In this document: piece after piece, positions 22,615 through 34,484 of the stretch
Layout: every line of letters begins with the position of its first letter
How positions within the stretch are numbered: the stretch's first letter is position 1
Origin: Macrostomum lignano
Lineage: Eukaryota
Length of the DNA: 64,000 nt
NCBI GenBank assembly: GCA_002269645.1
Contig: NIVC01000073.1
Location: forward strand, 880,460 to 944,459
Reading direction: 5' to 3'
Notes under the pieces: model-generated
Told to the model about the DNA's origin: nothing
The model's input: the letters and a program-made list of their open reading frames with translations, nothing else
Databases searched by the model: none
Translations under genes and position numbers: made by a program

Positions 22615-25600
22615 TCATTCGGTCTCGCAGCAGAACTCGTAGGCGTTGACAAACATTTTAAACCAAGGCGACGCCAGATTATTGTCATCACTACTATTAG
22701 TAGACGCTTGCTGTCCAGCCGGACACTGCCAGGTGAGGAAGCTGCGCTCCGGATGCGGCATCATCGCCAGGTGACGGCCGCAAGGGCTGCAGACGGCCGC
22801 CAAGCCTTTAGGCGAGCCGTTCGGATTGCACGGATACGACTCGGTGGCCTCGCCGGCCTGATCGACGTACACCAGCGGCACCCGGCCAGCCGCCAGCAGG
22901 CTGTCGGCCGAGGCCACCGAGAACCGACCCTCGCCGTGGGCGCTCCACACGCCCAGCCGGCTGTCCGACATGCCGCGAAGCAACGGACAAGAAGTTGGCA
23001 AAACTCGGACAGTCGGATAGCGAGACTCGAAACGGCCGCTCAAGTTCGGCTCCAAGGTCACCGGGGCGCTGGAGTCGCTGCTGCCGCTATCGGAGTCGCC
23101 GTCAAGCCAGCCGATGCGAGCCATGAGCTGGCAGCCGTTGCACACGCCCAGGCTGAAACTGTTGCCACGGCGACGGAGGGCGTCCAGTTCGCGATGAACG
23201 CTGGGATGAAATTGCACCTGCGCGGAGATTAGTGGGAATCTTGCTTTGCATTGGGAATTGAAAGAGACAAGGGGACTTAAAATTGGATGAAGGACATGGG
23301 ATTAAGGACTGATATGGGATATTTCTCCGCTGGGGTTAAGGACTGATATGGGATATTTCTCCGCTGGGATTAAGGACTGATATGGGATTTTTCTCCGCTG
23401 GGATTAAGGACTGATATGGGATATTTCTCCGTTGGGATTAAGGACTGATATGGGATATTTCTCCGCTGGGATTAAGGACTGATATGGGATTTTTCTCCGC
23501 TGGGATTAAGGACTGATATGGGATATTTCTCCGTTGGGATTAAGGACTGATATGGGATATTTCTCCGCTGGGATTAAGGACTGATATGGGATATTTCTCC
23601 GCTGGGATTAAGGACTGATATGGGATTTTTCTCCGCTGGGATTAAGGACCCCTGATATGGGATATTTCTCCGTTGGGATTAAGGGGAGAAACGGGATATT
23701 TCTCCGTTAGGTTCAGCGGGAGATATATTATTGTAGGGTATTTTCCCCGTTGGGATAAAAGGGAAAATAGGGGATACTTCTTCCTTGGGATTTGGGATTC
23801 GACTTTAGCCGTGAGCACATCTCTCACCTGAGCTGCCCAGCCCTTGGCGGAGCCCAGCACGTCGGCATAGCTGAATCCGCCAACAAACGCCACGCCGCGA
23901 CAGTCGGCTAGGCTGACCCCGTCTTCGCCGTCGCCGTCGGCAGCCAGGTCGCCAGTGGTGACGTCCAAGACTCGAAAGCCAGCGGCGTAGAAGGCGGCGG
24001 CCATCTCCCTGTCGCCGTTGGACCCCTCCTCGCGAATGATGGCCACAGTGAAGCGCCGTTCCATAGCCAACAGTCGGTCAACGCTTGGCAACAAGCAGGG
24101 TTCCGTTGCCGTGGCAACGTACTGATTGGCGCCGCCGGCTTCTCTTAGGTAGCGCAGCTCGGACCTGGCGCAGTCCGGCTGGCACTGAGCCAACTCCAGC
24201 TGGTGCGACGGCCGCTCCCAGGCTTCTCGAAGGTCTGCGAGGCTGACTTTGTCCAGCAGCTGCGGTGAAAGTGTCAAATCATCATCATCTGACACTAATT
24301 CAAGCCATCATCTGACACTAATTCAAGCCATCACCTGACACTAATTTAAGCCATCATCTGACACTAATTCAAGCCATTACCTGACACTAATTTAAGCCAT
24401 CACCTGACACTAATTCAAGCCATCATCTGACACTAATTCAAGCCATCATCTGACACTAATTCAAGCCATCATCTGACACTAATTCAAGCCATCATCTGAC
24501 ACTAATTCAAGCCACCATCTGACACTAATTCAACCCATTATCTGACACTAATTAAAGCCACCAACCGACACTTTGAAGTTATTGTCTGACACTCACCACA
24601 CGATCCCCGGCAACGATCCTCAGTTCCCCGGCAACGGTTGCTAGGCCAACAATGCGCACTCCAGTCGATAGTCCGGCGGAGTTCAGCCGATCCAACACCT
24701 GATTGGCTGCCTCATTAGACGCGGCCTGAAGCAGCCAGCCCGGCTCTTCGGACATCAGCCAGGCTGTCGGACAGGCGACACTGTCCGGCACTCGAAGCTC
24801 CAAGCCGCAGCGGCCGCCAGCAGCCAGAGCCATCTCGATAGCCGCCACGGCCAGGCCGCCATCGCTGATGTCGTGCCCGGCAGTCAGCAGCTTCGGCGAA
24901 GTCTCCGACAACAACGATTGGACAGCGGCGAATCCGGCCGCTAGTCGGAGGGCGTCCGGGTTTGGACAGTCCCGGCCGAAGATGTCGCCGCCGCCGGAGC
25001 TGCAACGGGCGAAAGCCGAGCCGCCCAGGCGGCAAGCGTCGGGTAGGTCGCCGAGTGGCACGTGGATCAACGGTCCAGCGTGGGGTTGCAGCACCGGCTG
25101 TAGGGTCAGCGTGATGTCCGGACACACGGCATAGACCGAGACTACAAGCTGTCCGGGACTGCGGATCACCTGCACCAGTTTGAAAAAAAATTCTTTACAT
25201 TTTTTATGCTATTTTACTTGTATTTTACTTGCATTGCTACTAACAGTAGTGTATCTAGAGTAGCTATTTTTGGAAATATTTTCGAGCGTCACACCTGCGT
25301 CTCTCCCGTAGTCTGATTAGTAACGCTGGCGGCCATACTCAGGGAGTCTTTGCCTCCGTCGATGGCCACGCCAAGCTGTTTCATAAAATCCACCGTAGCC
25401 AAGGCCGTAGCAACCAGCTGGCCGCCATCGGCGCCGCGTTTACCTGGCCACATCCAATTAGTGGAGCATTTCACATCGGCCAGACTTGTGACCCGGGCCA
25501 TCGCCAGGTTAGTGAGAGCTTCGCAGACGGCCATACGACCGGCGCGCGACGGGTCTAGCAATCCTTTGATTGGCTGCTCGCCAATAGCGGTGGCGCCGCC

Positions 25601-28600
25601 GACGCGGTCGAAATAGCTCAGAGCGACAACGGCCACGTCGGCTAGAGGCGTGTGCAGCGGCCCGACGCACTGCTGCTGGGCCACAAGGCCGGTGACAGAA
25701 CGATCCACCTTGTTAGTTAGGAACCGCTTGCTGCCGACGTCTGGGCAGGAGAGAACTGAGAGCAGGCTGGCTAGGAGATATGATTGGCTGCACTCCAGCG
25801 GCGAAGGCGGTTGCTGGGGGAGAAGGGGAATATAATAGTAACTACGGTGCGATTAGGAATCCGTTGTTATTATTTATAGTCTGAATAGGCCAGATTAGCA
25901 ATCCGTTTCTATTATTTATAGTCTAGATAGGCTAGATAAGCAATCCATTCTCAATGCCTATTAACCCATAGACAGGCTAGATTAGCAATCCATTCTCAAT
26001 GCCTATTAACCCATAGACAGGCTAGATTAGCAATCCATTCTCAATGCCTATTAACCCATAGACAGGCTAGATTAGCAATCCATTCTCAATGCCTTTTAAC
26101 CCATAGACAGGCTAGATTAGCAATCCATTCTCAATGCCTATTAACCCATAGACAGGCTAGATAAGCAATCCATTCTCAATGCCTATTAACCCATAGACAG
26201 GCTAGACTAGCAATCCATTCTCAATGCCTATTAACCCATAGACAGGCTAGACTAGCAATCCATTCTCAATGCCTATTAACCCATAGACAGGCTAGATTAG
26301 CAATCCATTCTCAATGCCTATTAACCCATAGACAGGCTAGACTAGCAATCCATTCTCAATGCCTATTAACCCATAGACAGGCTAGATTAGCAATCCATTC
26401 TTAATGCCTATTAACCCATAGACAGGCTAGACTAGCAATCCATTCTCAATGCCTATTAACCCATAGACAGGCTAGACTAGCAATCCATTCTCAATGCCTA
26501 TTAACCCATAGACAGGCTAGACTAGCAATCCATTCTCAATGCCTATTAACCCATAGACAGGCTAGACTAGCAATCCATTCTCAATGCCTATTAACCCATA
26601 GACAGGCTAGACTAGCAATCCATTCTCAATGCCTATTAACCCATAGACAGGCTAGATTAGCAATCCATTCTCAATATCTATTAACCCATAGACAGGCTAG
26701 ATTAGCAATCCATTCTCACACACCTCATCCGTCAGTCGATACGGCTTCAAGTTGCTGCAATCCAACAGGAACTCCTTCTGTGGCACCCCGCTGAGCACGG
26801 CGTCCAATGGCAGACAGACGGGAGTTGCCTCCGGATCTCGCACTCTGGCCCGCTTTGCTCCATCTCCACCGTCGCTAACAACGCTGTCGCCGCGGCCGAA
26901 GCTGTACAGCGTGACCACACCAGTGTCGCGTACAACTCCAACATCGATGGCAGGACACCGTTCTCTGGCTCCAATCCGCCTGAGCCGCTCCATCAAGTCT
27001 GGCGGTACGAGGCAAGCGTCAGACTCTTGATACTCGGCGCCCCAGAGTTCGAGAGGGCTCAGTGTTGGATCGCCTAATTGAAATTTGTCGGCGTAGATAT
27101 CGGCGCCAAGCGGCTCGCAGATCTCTTTTAATACGTTGGCGTTGCCGCCAGCGCCCTGAGCAAAGAATGAAAAATTGCGCTATTAGTTTTATTTCAGGTA
27201 TTTTAGCATTGAAAGCTACATTCTTAGGGGCGTTTTAACATTATCTCAATCAGGGGGTATTTCAGCTTCAAAAGCAGATATCAATCAGGGGGTATTTCAG
27301 CTTCAAAAGCAGATCTCAATCAGGGGGTATTTCAGCTTCAAAAGCAGATCTCAATCAGGAAGTATTTCAGCTTCAATAGCAGATCTCAATCAGGGGGTAT
27401 TTCAGCTTCAAAAGCAGATCTCAATCAGGAAGTATTTCAGCTTCAATAGCAGATCTCAATCAGGGGGTATTTCAGCTTCATTAGCAGATCTCAATCAGGG
27501 GGTATTTCAGCTTCAATAGCAGATCTCAATTAGGGGGTATTTCAGCTTCAATAGCAGATCTCAATCAGGGGGTATTTCAGCTTCAATAGCAGATCTCAAT
27601 CAGGGGGTATTTCAGCTTCAATAGCAGATCTCAATCAGGGGGTATTTCCGCTTTAATAGCAGATCTCAATCAGGGGGTATTTCAGCTTCAATAGCAGATC
27701 TCAATCAGGGGGTATTTCAGCTTCAATAGCAGATCTCAATCAGGGGGTATTTCAGCTTCAAAAGCAGATCTCAATCAGGAAGTATTTCAGCTTCAATAGC
27801 AGATCTCAATCAGGGGGTATTTCAGCTTCATTAGCAGATCTCAATCAGGGGGTATTTCAGCTTCAATAGCAGATCTCAATCAGGGGGTATTTCAGCTTCA
27901 ATAGCAGATCTCAATCAGGGGGTATTTCAGCTTCATTAGCAGATCTCAATCAGGGGGTATTTCAGCTTCAATAGCAGATCTCAATCAGGGGGTATTTCAG
28001 CTTCATTAGCAGATCTCAATCAGGGGGTATTTCAGCTTCAATAGCAGATCTCAATCAGGGGGTATTTCAGCTTCAATAGCAGATCTCAATCAGGGGGTAT
28101 TTCAGCTTCATTAGCAGATCTCAATCAGGGGGTATTTCAGCTTCAATAGCAGATCTCAATCAGGGGGTATTTCAGCTTCAATAGCAGATCTCAATCAGGG
28201 GGTATTTCAGCTTCAAAAGCAGATCTCAATCAGGAAGTATTTCAGCTTCAATAGCAGATCTCAATCAGGGGGTATTTCAGCTTCATTAGCAGATCTCAAT
28301 CAGGGGGTATTTCAGCTTCATTAGCAGATCTCAATCAGGGGGTATTTCAGCTTCAATAGCAGATCTCAATCAGGGGGTATTTCAGCTTCAAAAGCAGATC
28401 TCAATCAGGAAGTATTTCAGCTTCAATAGCAGATCTCAATCAGGGGGTATTTCAGCTTCATTAGCAGATCTCAATCAGGGGGTATTTCAGCTTTAATAGC
28501 AGATCTCAATCAGGGGGTATTTCCGCTTTAATAGCAGATCTCAATCAGGGGGTATTTCAGCTTCAATAGCAGATCTCAATCAGGGGGTATTTCAGCTTCA

Positions 28601-31600
28601 ATAGCAGATCTCAATCAGGGGGTATTTCAGCTTCAATAGCAGATCTCAATCAGGGGGTATTTCCGCTTTAATAGCAGATCTCAATCAGGGGGTATTTCAG
28701 CTTCAATAGCAGATCTCAATTAGGGGGTATTTCAGCTTCAAAAGCAGATCTCAATCAGGGGGTATTTCAGCTTCAATAGCAGATCTCAATTAGGGGGTAT
28801 TTCAGCTTCAAAAGCAGATCTCAATCAGGGGGTATTTCAGCTTCAACAACAGGATTTACCTGATCATGCACGCTCTGTATGGGGTTGCAGTCCGCCCCCA
28901 GCTCGGCGCAGGCCCGCACCAACCGGTTGAGTTTGCCGCCCATCTGCGCGTCGCCGCGCTGCACGGCGTTAAAGTTCAACTCGTCAGCGGCCGCCCCGCC
29001 TTCGCCTTGGACGCCGACTGAGCTGGCGGCGCCGCCACCGACGCCGATCCGATAGGCCGGCCCGCCCAGCTTGACTACCAGATCGCCTGGCTTGGCCGGT
29101 CGCTTAGCAACCAATCCGTCGTCAAGGGCGCCGATACCGCCGCTGAACATGACCGGTTTGACCCATTCCCGACGCTCGCCGCCTTGAAAGACGTCGCCGA
29201 ATGCGCGGCAGAAGCCGGCAATCAGCGGCTCGCCAAATTTGTTGCCGTAGTCGCTGGCGCCGTCCGAGGCTTCGAGTAGAACTCGGCGAGGCCGAGCCAT
29301 GCCGGCTGCGTAGCCTTCGACAGCGAATCGTTCGTCTAAGTCGCCGACGCAGTAGCCCGCTGTGCCCGCGATGGTGTACCTGAAGCCATGTGTTGAAGCT
29401 CGAGGCTGGCCCAGCAACTGAGGATCTGGGAGGCTGGCCCAGAAACTGAGGATCTGGGAGGCTGGCCCAGCAACTGAGGATCTGGGAGGCTGGCCCAGCA
29501 ACTGAGGATCAGGGAGGCTGGCCCAGCAACTGACACTCTGGGAGGCTGGCCCAGCAACTGATACTCTGGGAGGCTGGCCCAGCAACTGAGGATCTGGGAG
29601 GCTGGCACAGCAACTGAGGATCTGGGAGGCTGGCCCAGCAACTGAGGATCTGGGAGGCTGGCCCAGCAACTGACACTCTGGGAGGCTGGCCCAGCAACTG
29701 AGACTCTGGGAGGCTGGCCCAGCAACTGAGGATCTGGGAGGCTGGCCCAGCAACTGAGGATCTGGGAGGCTGGCCCAGCAACTGAGGATCTGGGAGGCTG
29801 GCCCAGCAACTGAGACTCTGGGAGGCTGGCCCAGCAACTGACACTCTGGGAGGCTGGCCCAGCAACTGATACTCTGGGAGGCTGGCCTAGCAACTGACAC
29901 TCTGGGAGGCTGGCCCAGCAACTGACACTCTGGGAGGCTGGCCCAGCAACTGAGCATCTGGGGGGGGGGCTGGTGGCCAAGCAACTGAGCATCTTGGGGG
30001 GGGGCTGGTGGCCAAGCAACTGAGCATCTGGGGGGGGGGGCTGGTGGCCAAGCAACTGAGCATCTGGGGGGGGGGGGCTGGTGGCCAAGCAACTGAGCAT
30101 CTGGGGGGGGGCTGGTGGCCAAGCAACTGAGCATCTTGGGGGGGGGCTGGTGGCCAAGCAACTGAGCATCTTGGGGGGGGGCTGGTGGCCAAGCAACTGA
30201 GCATCTGGGGGGGGGGGGGGGGCTGGTGGCCAAGCAACTGAGCATCTTGGGGGGGCTGGTGGCCAAGCAACTGAGCATCTGGGGGGGGGGGCTGGTGGCC
30301 AAGCAACTGAGCATCTGGGGGGGGGGGGGCTGGTGGCCAAGCAACTGAGCATCTGGGGGGGGGGGCTGGTGGCCAAGCAACTGAGCATCTGGGGGGGGGG
30401 GCTGGTGGCCAAGCAAACAGCTGAGCCATTAACCAGCTTCATAAAGCAGAAATCTTTCATACCCGCCCCGACCAGTCGCGTGCACGTCCCGAATTCTACC
30501 GCCGGCGCCAGTTGCCGCGCCCTCAAACGGCGCCACAGCGGTTGGGAAATTGTGCGTCTCGGCGGTGAGGATCACGTGACGCAGCTGGGGATCTGGCAAC
30601 AGGCGGAGCTCGGAGCCGCGAGCGGGGTCAACGGGGCACAAGACGGGCACACGGAGGCCGCGGATGGCGCTGCTGTTGTCGCACATGGCCAGCACGCTGT
30701 TGGACGCCGATTCGGCCAGAGTTGATGAGACCAGCGCCATCAGATGGGGATATTTGTTGCCTAGCAACGGCTCGCGAGTCGATGCGTTGAGTAGGCGGCC
30801 TGGTTTGAGATTTTTTAAGATCTATAGTAGAACTTGAAAAAAACATCCAATTTTGGGATTTTTAGGTATCTGGAACTTTAGATATCCCAGTTTGGATTTT
30901 TAGGAATCTGGAACTTAGGATATCCCGTTTTAAGATTTTAAGGATCTGGAACTTGCGATATCCGGCTTTGGGATTTTTAGGGATCTGGAACTTGTGATAT
31001 CCCGCTTTGGGATTTTTAGGTATCTTGAACTTGAAATATCCCACTTGGGATTTTTAAGGATCTGGAACTTGGGATATCCCGTTTTAAGATTTTAAGGATC
31101 TGGAACTTGAGGTACCCCATTTTGGGATTTTTAGGGATCTGGAACTTGGGATATCCCGTTTTAAGATTTTAAGGATCTGGAACTTGCGATATCCGGCTTT
31201 GGGATTTTTAGGGATCTGGAACTTGTGATATCCCGCTTTGGGATTTTTAGGTATCTTGAACTTGAAATATCCCATTTGGGATATCTAAAGATCACACGTT
31301 TTAAAACAGACTGCGAACCTTTAAAGAACCAATGCCTGCAGTGCTCGCTATTAGACTGGGCCAAATCGAAGCATTCAACGCTAGTAGGATTTCTGCCAAT
31401 AGTTTCAGCAAACAATTTCGTATAATAGTCCAAATCCCAGTCGTCCATAGACAGGCCCATAGTAGCGTTGACTTCGGCCAGGGCTTCCCTGCCTCGGCCG
31501 CAGACGTCAACTTCGAAGACCGGCTGAGGCGGACAGCGCAGCAACTCGGATCGGTAGGAGTCGGCAGTGAGCGGCGCCGGGTACACAGACTGGGTCATGC

Positions 31601-32099
31601 GATCGCACAGTTTGTCGCTGTGTACAAATTCAGTCAATCTACGATGCACAACGCTATCTGGCCAGTTGCTAAGCAACCTATTATAAACAAACCGATAAAC
31701 TATGGAGCTTTCAACGCGTTGAACAGGCGGAGCCAAACCGATGCCGGAGCAAATCGCTACGCAGTTAGTTGAGAAAGCGGTGGTGACGCTTAGCCGAGGC
31801 CCGACCTCGGCTCTATAGGCACCGTGGAATGCTGCTTCAACGCTTGAAGATTCCGATGAAGCTGACAGCTGGGAACTGGTTTTATCTGTGCCCAGCAGGT
31901 AATGCAGCTGACACTGCTGCTCTGGGCTAAGCTGCTGGCTGCACTGGACATAGAAGCAGCGCTCTGTGGCTACAGACTCAACTGGTGGACAGGCATCGCG
32001 GCAGCTGGCTAGCAGGTTAGACAGCTGCTCAGCTGTGTGACAGTCCGACAGGTAGAGCCGATAGAAGGCCTGCAGTGTCCAGGTGCGAACAAAATAAGC
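22615..32099 (-). CDS. PFAS: Phosphoribosylformylglycinamidine synthase (FGAM synthase, large PurL type); exons 32099-31319, 30799-30463, 29379-28860, 27155-26724, 25813-25295, 25169-24597, 24259-23828, 23217-22615
   Basis: All junctions are GT-AG and phase-compatible; the 4197-nt total gives 1398 aa plus stop. Hallmark motifs: [117 protein letters not shown]. No in-frame ATG in the first exon. Confidence 0.96.
23300..23700. repeat. PFAS intronic array, 34-bp unit TTAAGGACTGATATGGGATATTTCTCCGCTGGGA
   Basis: About 11 units within intron 23218-23827. Confidence 0.93.
24280..24560. repeat. PFAS intronic array, 23-bp unit CCATCATCTGACACTAATTCAAG
   Basis: Fills most of intron 24260-24596. Confidence 0.93.
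25960..26718. repeat. PFAS intronic array, 45-bp unit AGATTAGCAATCCATTCTCAATGCCTATTAACCCATAGACAGGCT
   Basis: About 16 near-identical units ending a few bp from the donor at 26723. Confidence 0.95.
27245..28845. repeat. PFAS intronic array, 35-bp unit GCAGATCTCAATCAGGGGGTATTTCAGCTTCAATA
   Basis: About 45 units filling intron 27156-28859. Confidence 0.95.
29402..29955. repeat. PFAS intronic array, 28-bp unit GGGAGGCTGGCCCAGCAACTGAGGATCT
   Basis: About 19 units. Confidence 0.93.
29945..30420. repeat. PFAS intronic array with variable poly-G tract, GCAACTGAGCATCT(G)nCTGGTGGCCAA
   Basis: About 13 units with G-runs of roughly 8-14; shares GCAACTGAG with the adjacent 28-bp array. Confidence 0.93.
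30855..31285. repeat. PFAS intronic degenerate ~32-bp array (GGATTTTTAGGGATCTGGAACTT...GATATCCC) with an internal duplication
   Basis: ORF translations 30862-31044 and 31084-31275 are nearly identical, showing block duplication. Confidence 0.88.
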
Positions 32100-32104
32100 C
32101 TGCA

Positions 32105-33760
32105 AAATGTACTTCCCAAATCTTAAATACCCCTAGAAATGTACTTTCCAAAGCTTAAATACCCATAGAAATGTACTTTCCAAAGCTAAAATACCCCTAG
32201 AAATGTACTTCCCAAATCTTAAATACCCCTAGAAATGTATTTCCCAAATATTAAATACCCCTAGAAATGTACTTTCCAAATCTTAAATACCCCTAGAAAT
32301 GTACTTCCCAAAGCTAAAATACCCCTAGAAATGTACTTTCCAAAGCTTAAATACCCCTAGAAATGTACTTCCCTTCCCAAAGCTTAAATACCCCTAGAAA
32401 TGTACTTTCCAAAGCTAAAATACCCCTAGAAATGTACTTTCCAAATCTTAAATACCCCTAGAAATGTACTTCCCAAATCTTAAATACCCCTAGAAATGTA
32501 CTTCCCAAAGCTAAAATACCCCTAGAAATGTACTTTCCAAAGCTTAAATACCCCTAGAAATGTACTTCCCTTCCCAAAGCTTAAATACCCCTAGAAATGT
32601 ACTTTCCAAAGCTAAAATACCGCTAGAAATGTACTTTCCAAAGCTTAAATACCCCTAGAAATGTACTTCCCTTCCCAAAGCTAAAATACCCCTAGAAATG
32701 GATTTCCCAAATCTTAAATACCCCTAGAAATGTACTTCCTAAAGCTTAAATACCCCTAGAAATGTACTTCCCAAAGCTAAAATACCCCTGGGAATGTACC
32801 CGTCAGAGCTAAAGTACCCCTTCGAATGAGCCCCCCAACCTCTAGGAATGTACCCCTCAGAGCTAAAATAGCCCTAGCAGTGGCGTAGCTAGGATTTTGA
32901 AAAGGGGGGGGGATAACTTTCAGGGACAAAATTATAGACTAATAAAATATTTTCTTCGTATTTTTTGCTGAAATAATGCATTTTAAAAGTATCAAAACCA
33001 TGTTTTTAGGCTAAAAATACTTTACTTTGGTAAAATCAGAATAAAGTCTGTCCTGACTAGATCCGTTTAGGAACTAGGGATTCGCGGAAATATCATTTAA
33101 AACATTTTATTAGTAATTTCCGAGTGAAATAGGCCAATTTTTGGCAATTTTGCAAGTCTAAGCCTCAGAAGTCTAAGCCGCTTTATTCGCATTTTTTCAA
33201 AAAACCTTATTTTCGTTTCCTATAAATCATCAAAATGGGGGGATATATCCCCGTATCTCCCCCCTAGCTACGCTACTGAGCCCTAGGAATGTATCCTTCA
33301 GAGCTAAAATACCCTAGGAATGTACCCCTCAGAGCTAAAATACCCTAAGAATGTAACCATTGAAGCTAAAATACTTATAGAAATGTATCCTTCAGAGCTA
33401 AAATACCCAAGGAATGTACCCCTCGGAGCTAAAATACCCAAGGAATGTACTCCTCGGAGCTAAAATACCCTAGGAATGTACCCCTCGGAGCTAAAATACC
33501 CTAGGAATGTACCCCTCGGAGTTAAAATACCCTAGGAATGTACCCCTCGGAGCTAAAATACCCTAGGAATGTACCCCTCGGAGCTAAAATACCCTAGGAA
33601 TGTATCCCTCGGAGCTAAATACCCTAGGAATGTACCCCTCGGAGCTAAAATACCCTAGGAATGTACGTATCTCTGAGGTTAAATACCCTAGGAATGTATC
33701 TCTCAGAGCTAAAATACCCCTAGGAAGGTACCCCTGAGCTAAAATACCCAAAGAAATGTA
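32105..33760. repeat. 31-32-bp array (AAATACCCCTAGAAATGTACTTCCCAAATCTT grading to AAAATACCCTAGGAATGTACCCCTCGGAGCT), split by a MITE
   Basis: Starts in the PFAS first-exon acceptor region and is interrupted at 32878-33278. Confidence 0.93.
32878..33278. mobile_element. hAT-type MITE, 401 bp
   Basis: TIRs CAGTGGCGTAGCTAGG / CCTAGCTACGCTACTG (16 bp, 1 mismatch); perfect 8-bp TSD AGCCCTAG at 32870-32877 and 33279-33286; no ORF. An 8-bp TSD with CAG termini is typical of hAT. Confidence 0.9.
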
Positions 33761-34325
33761 CCTGAACCGCGAGCGTCAGAATTCCTTGGTAATACCTAGT
33801 TAAGATTCATTTTATAAGATTTTATTTAATATACATACCTATCGGATGTTATCATAAATGTCTACTGAAAGAAGCACAAAAAATAATAGAGAAAACGGAC
33901 ACAGTGTTATTTTAGATTAAAGAAAGATTTTATTTATTTATTAAGCATTCTACGAGTATACACCAGATTAAAAGTCGTAACAAAGACTAGATTGTAAACA
34001 ATTGTATGGGAATTGTTAACAACATGCTACCAATAGTTAGTGGCATGCTACTAACTATAGTTACAACCGGGACTCGGACTCATTAACTCAGAAATGAGAT
34101 CACAATTCATAGACAGACAATATAAGCAACAGAAGACCTTCTACAGAATACAGAGTTGATTAGATTATGCAGCGTTAAAATTTGAAAATACTTGAAATAA
34201 TTGACAGCATGATTAGTCACTATATTACACAACTAAGCATATCTCATATCAACAATGACAGCCTAAGCCAACTATGACGTAGGATTATCACAGTTATAAA
34301 GTGCAAGTCAAATAGTCAGGGGGCG

Positions 34326-34465
34326 GGGCTGTGTGCGCCCTGGCGCACTTTAAGCGACATTGTCACACAACCGGCGAGATGCAGTACTTCTCATTCCACC
34401 GACTCCCCTGAGTAGGCACACACTCACACAGGAGTGTAAAGCGGTCCTAACTTTATCTATCGTTA
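34326..34465 (+). mobile_element. Partial, rearranged copy of the dispersed modular repeat
   Basis: GGGCTGTGTGCGCCCTGGCGCACTTTAAGCGACATTGTCACACA matches the reverse complement of 40240-40284; GACTCCCCTGAGTAGGCACA and ACTCACACAGGAGTGTA...CTAACTTTAT match 15046-15148. Confidence 0.72.
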
Positions 34466-34484
34466 TTTAAAGGGATGTGGGATG

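Noticed and set aside
20806-28845. CRISPR-like appearance of 29-45-bp repeats
   Set aside because: Units are head-to-tail with no unique spacers; no cas genes; eukaryotic context.
28821-30526. 531-aa and 396-aa minus-strand ORFs as single genes
   Set aside because: Each is intronic repeat translation fused to one real PFAS exon or to an alternative frame.
22597-31772. Plus-strand ORFs overlapping PFAS exons (and similar ones over the lectins, Vav-like gene and IRE1)
   Set aside because: Antisense shadows of GC-rich coding sequence with no recognisable domains.
22615-32099. Horizontal transfer of PFAS from bacteria
   Set aside because: Seven canonical introns and motifs that follow the animal enzyme closely.
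33839-33855. ATG ATA ACA TCC GAT AG|GTATGT as the PFAS first exon
   Set aside because: Phase-2 donor; joining to either phase-0 acceptor (32099 or 32069) is out of frame and soon hits a stop.
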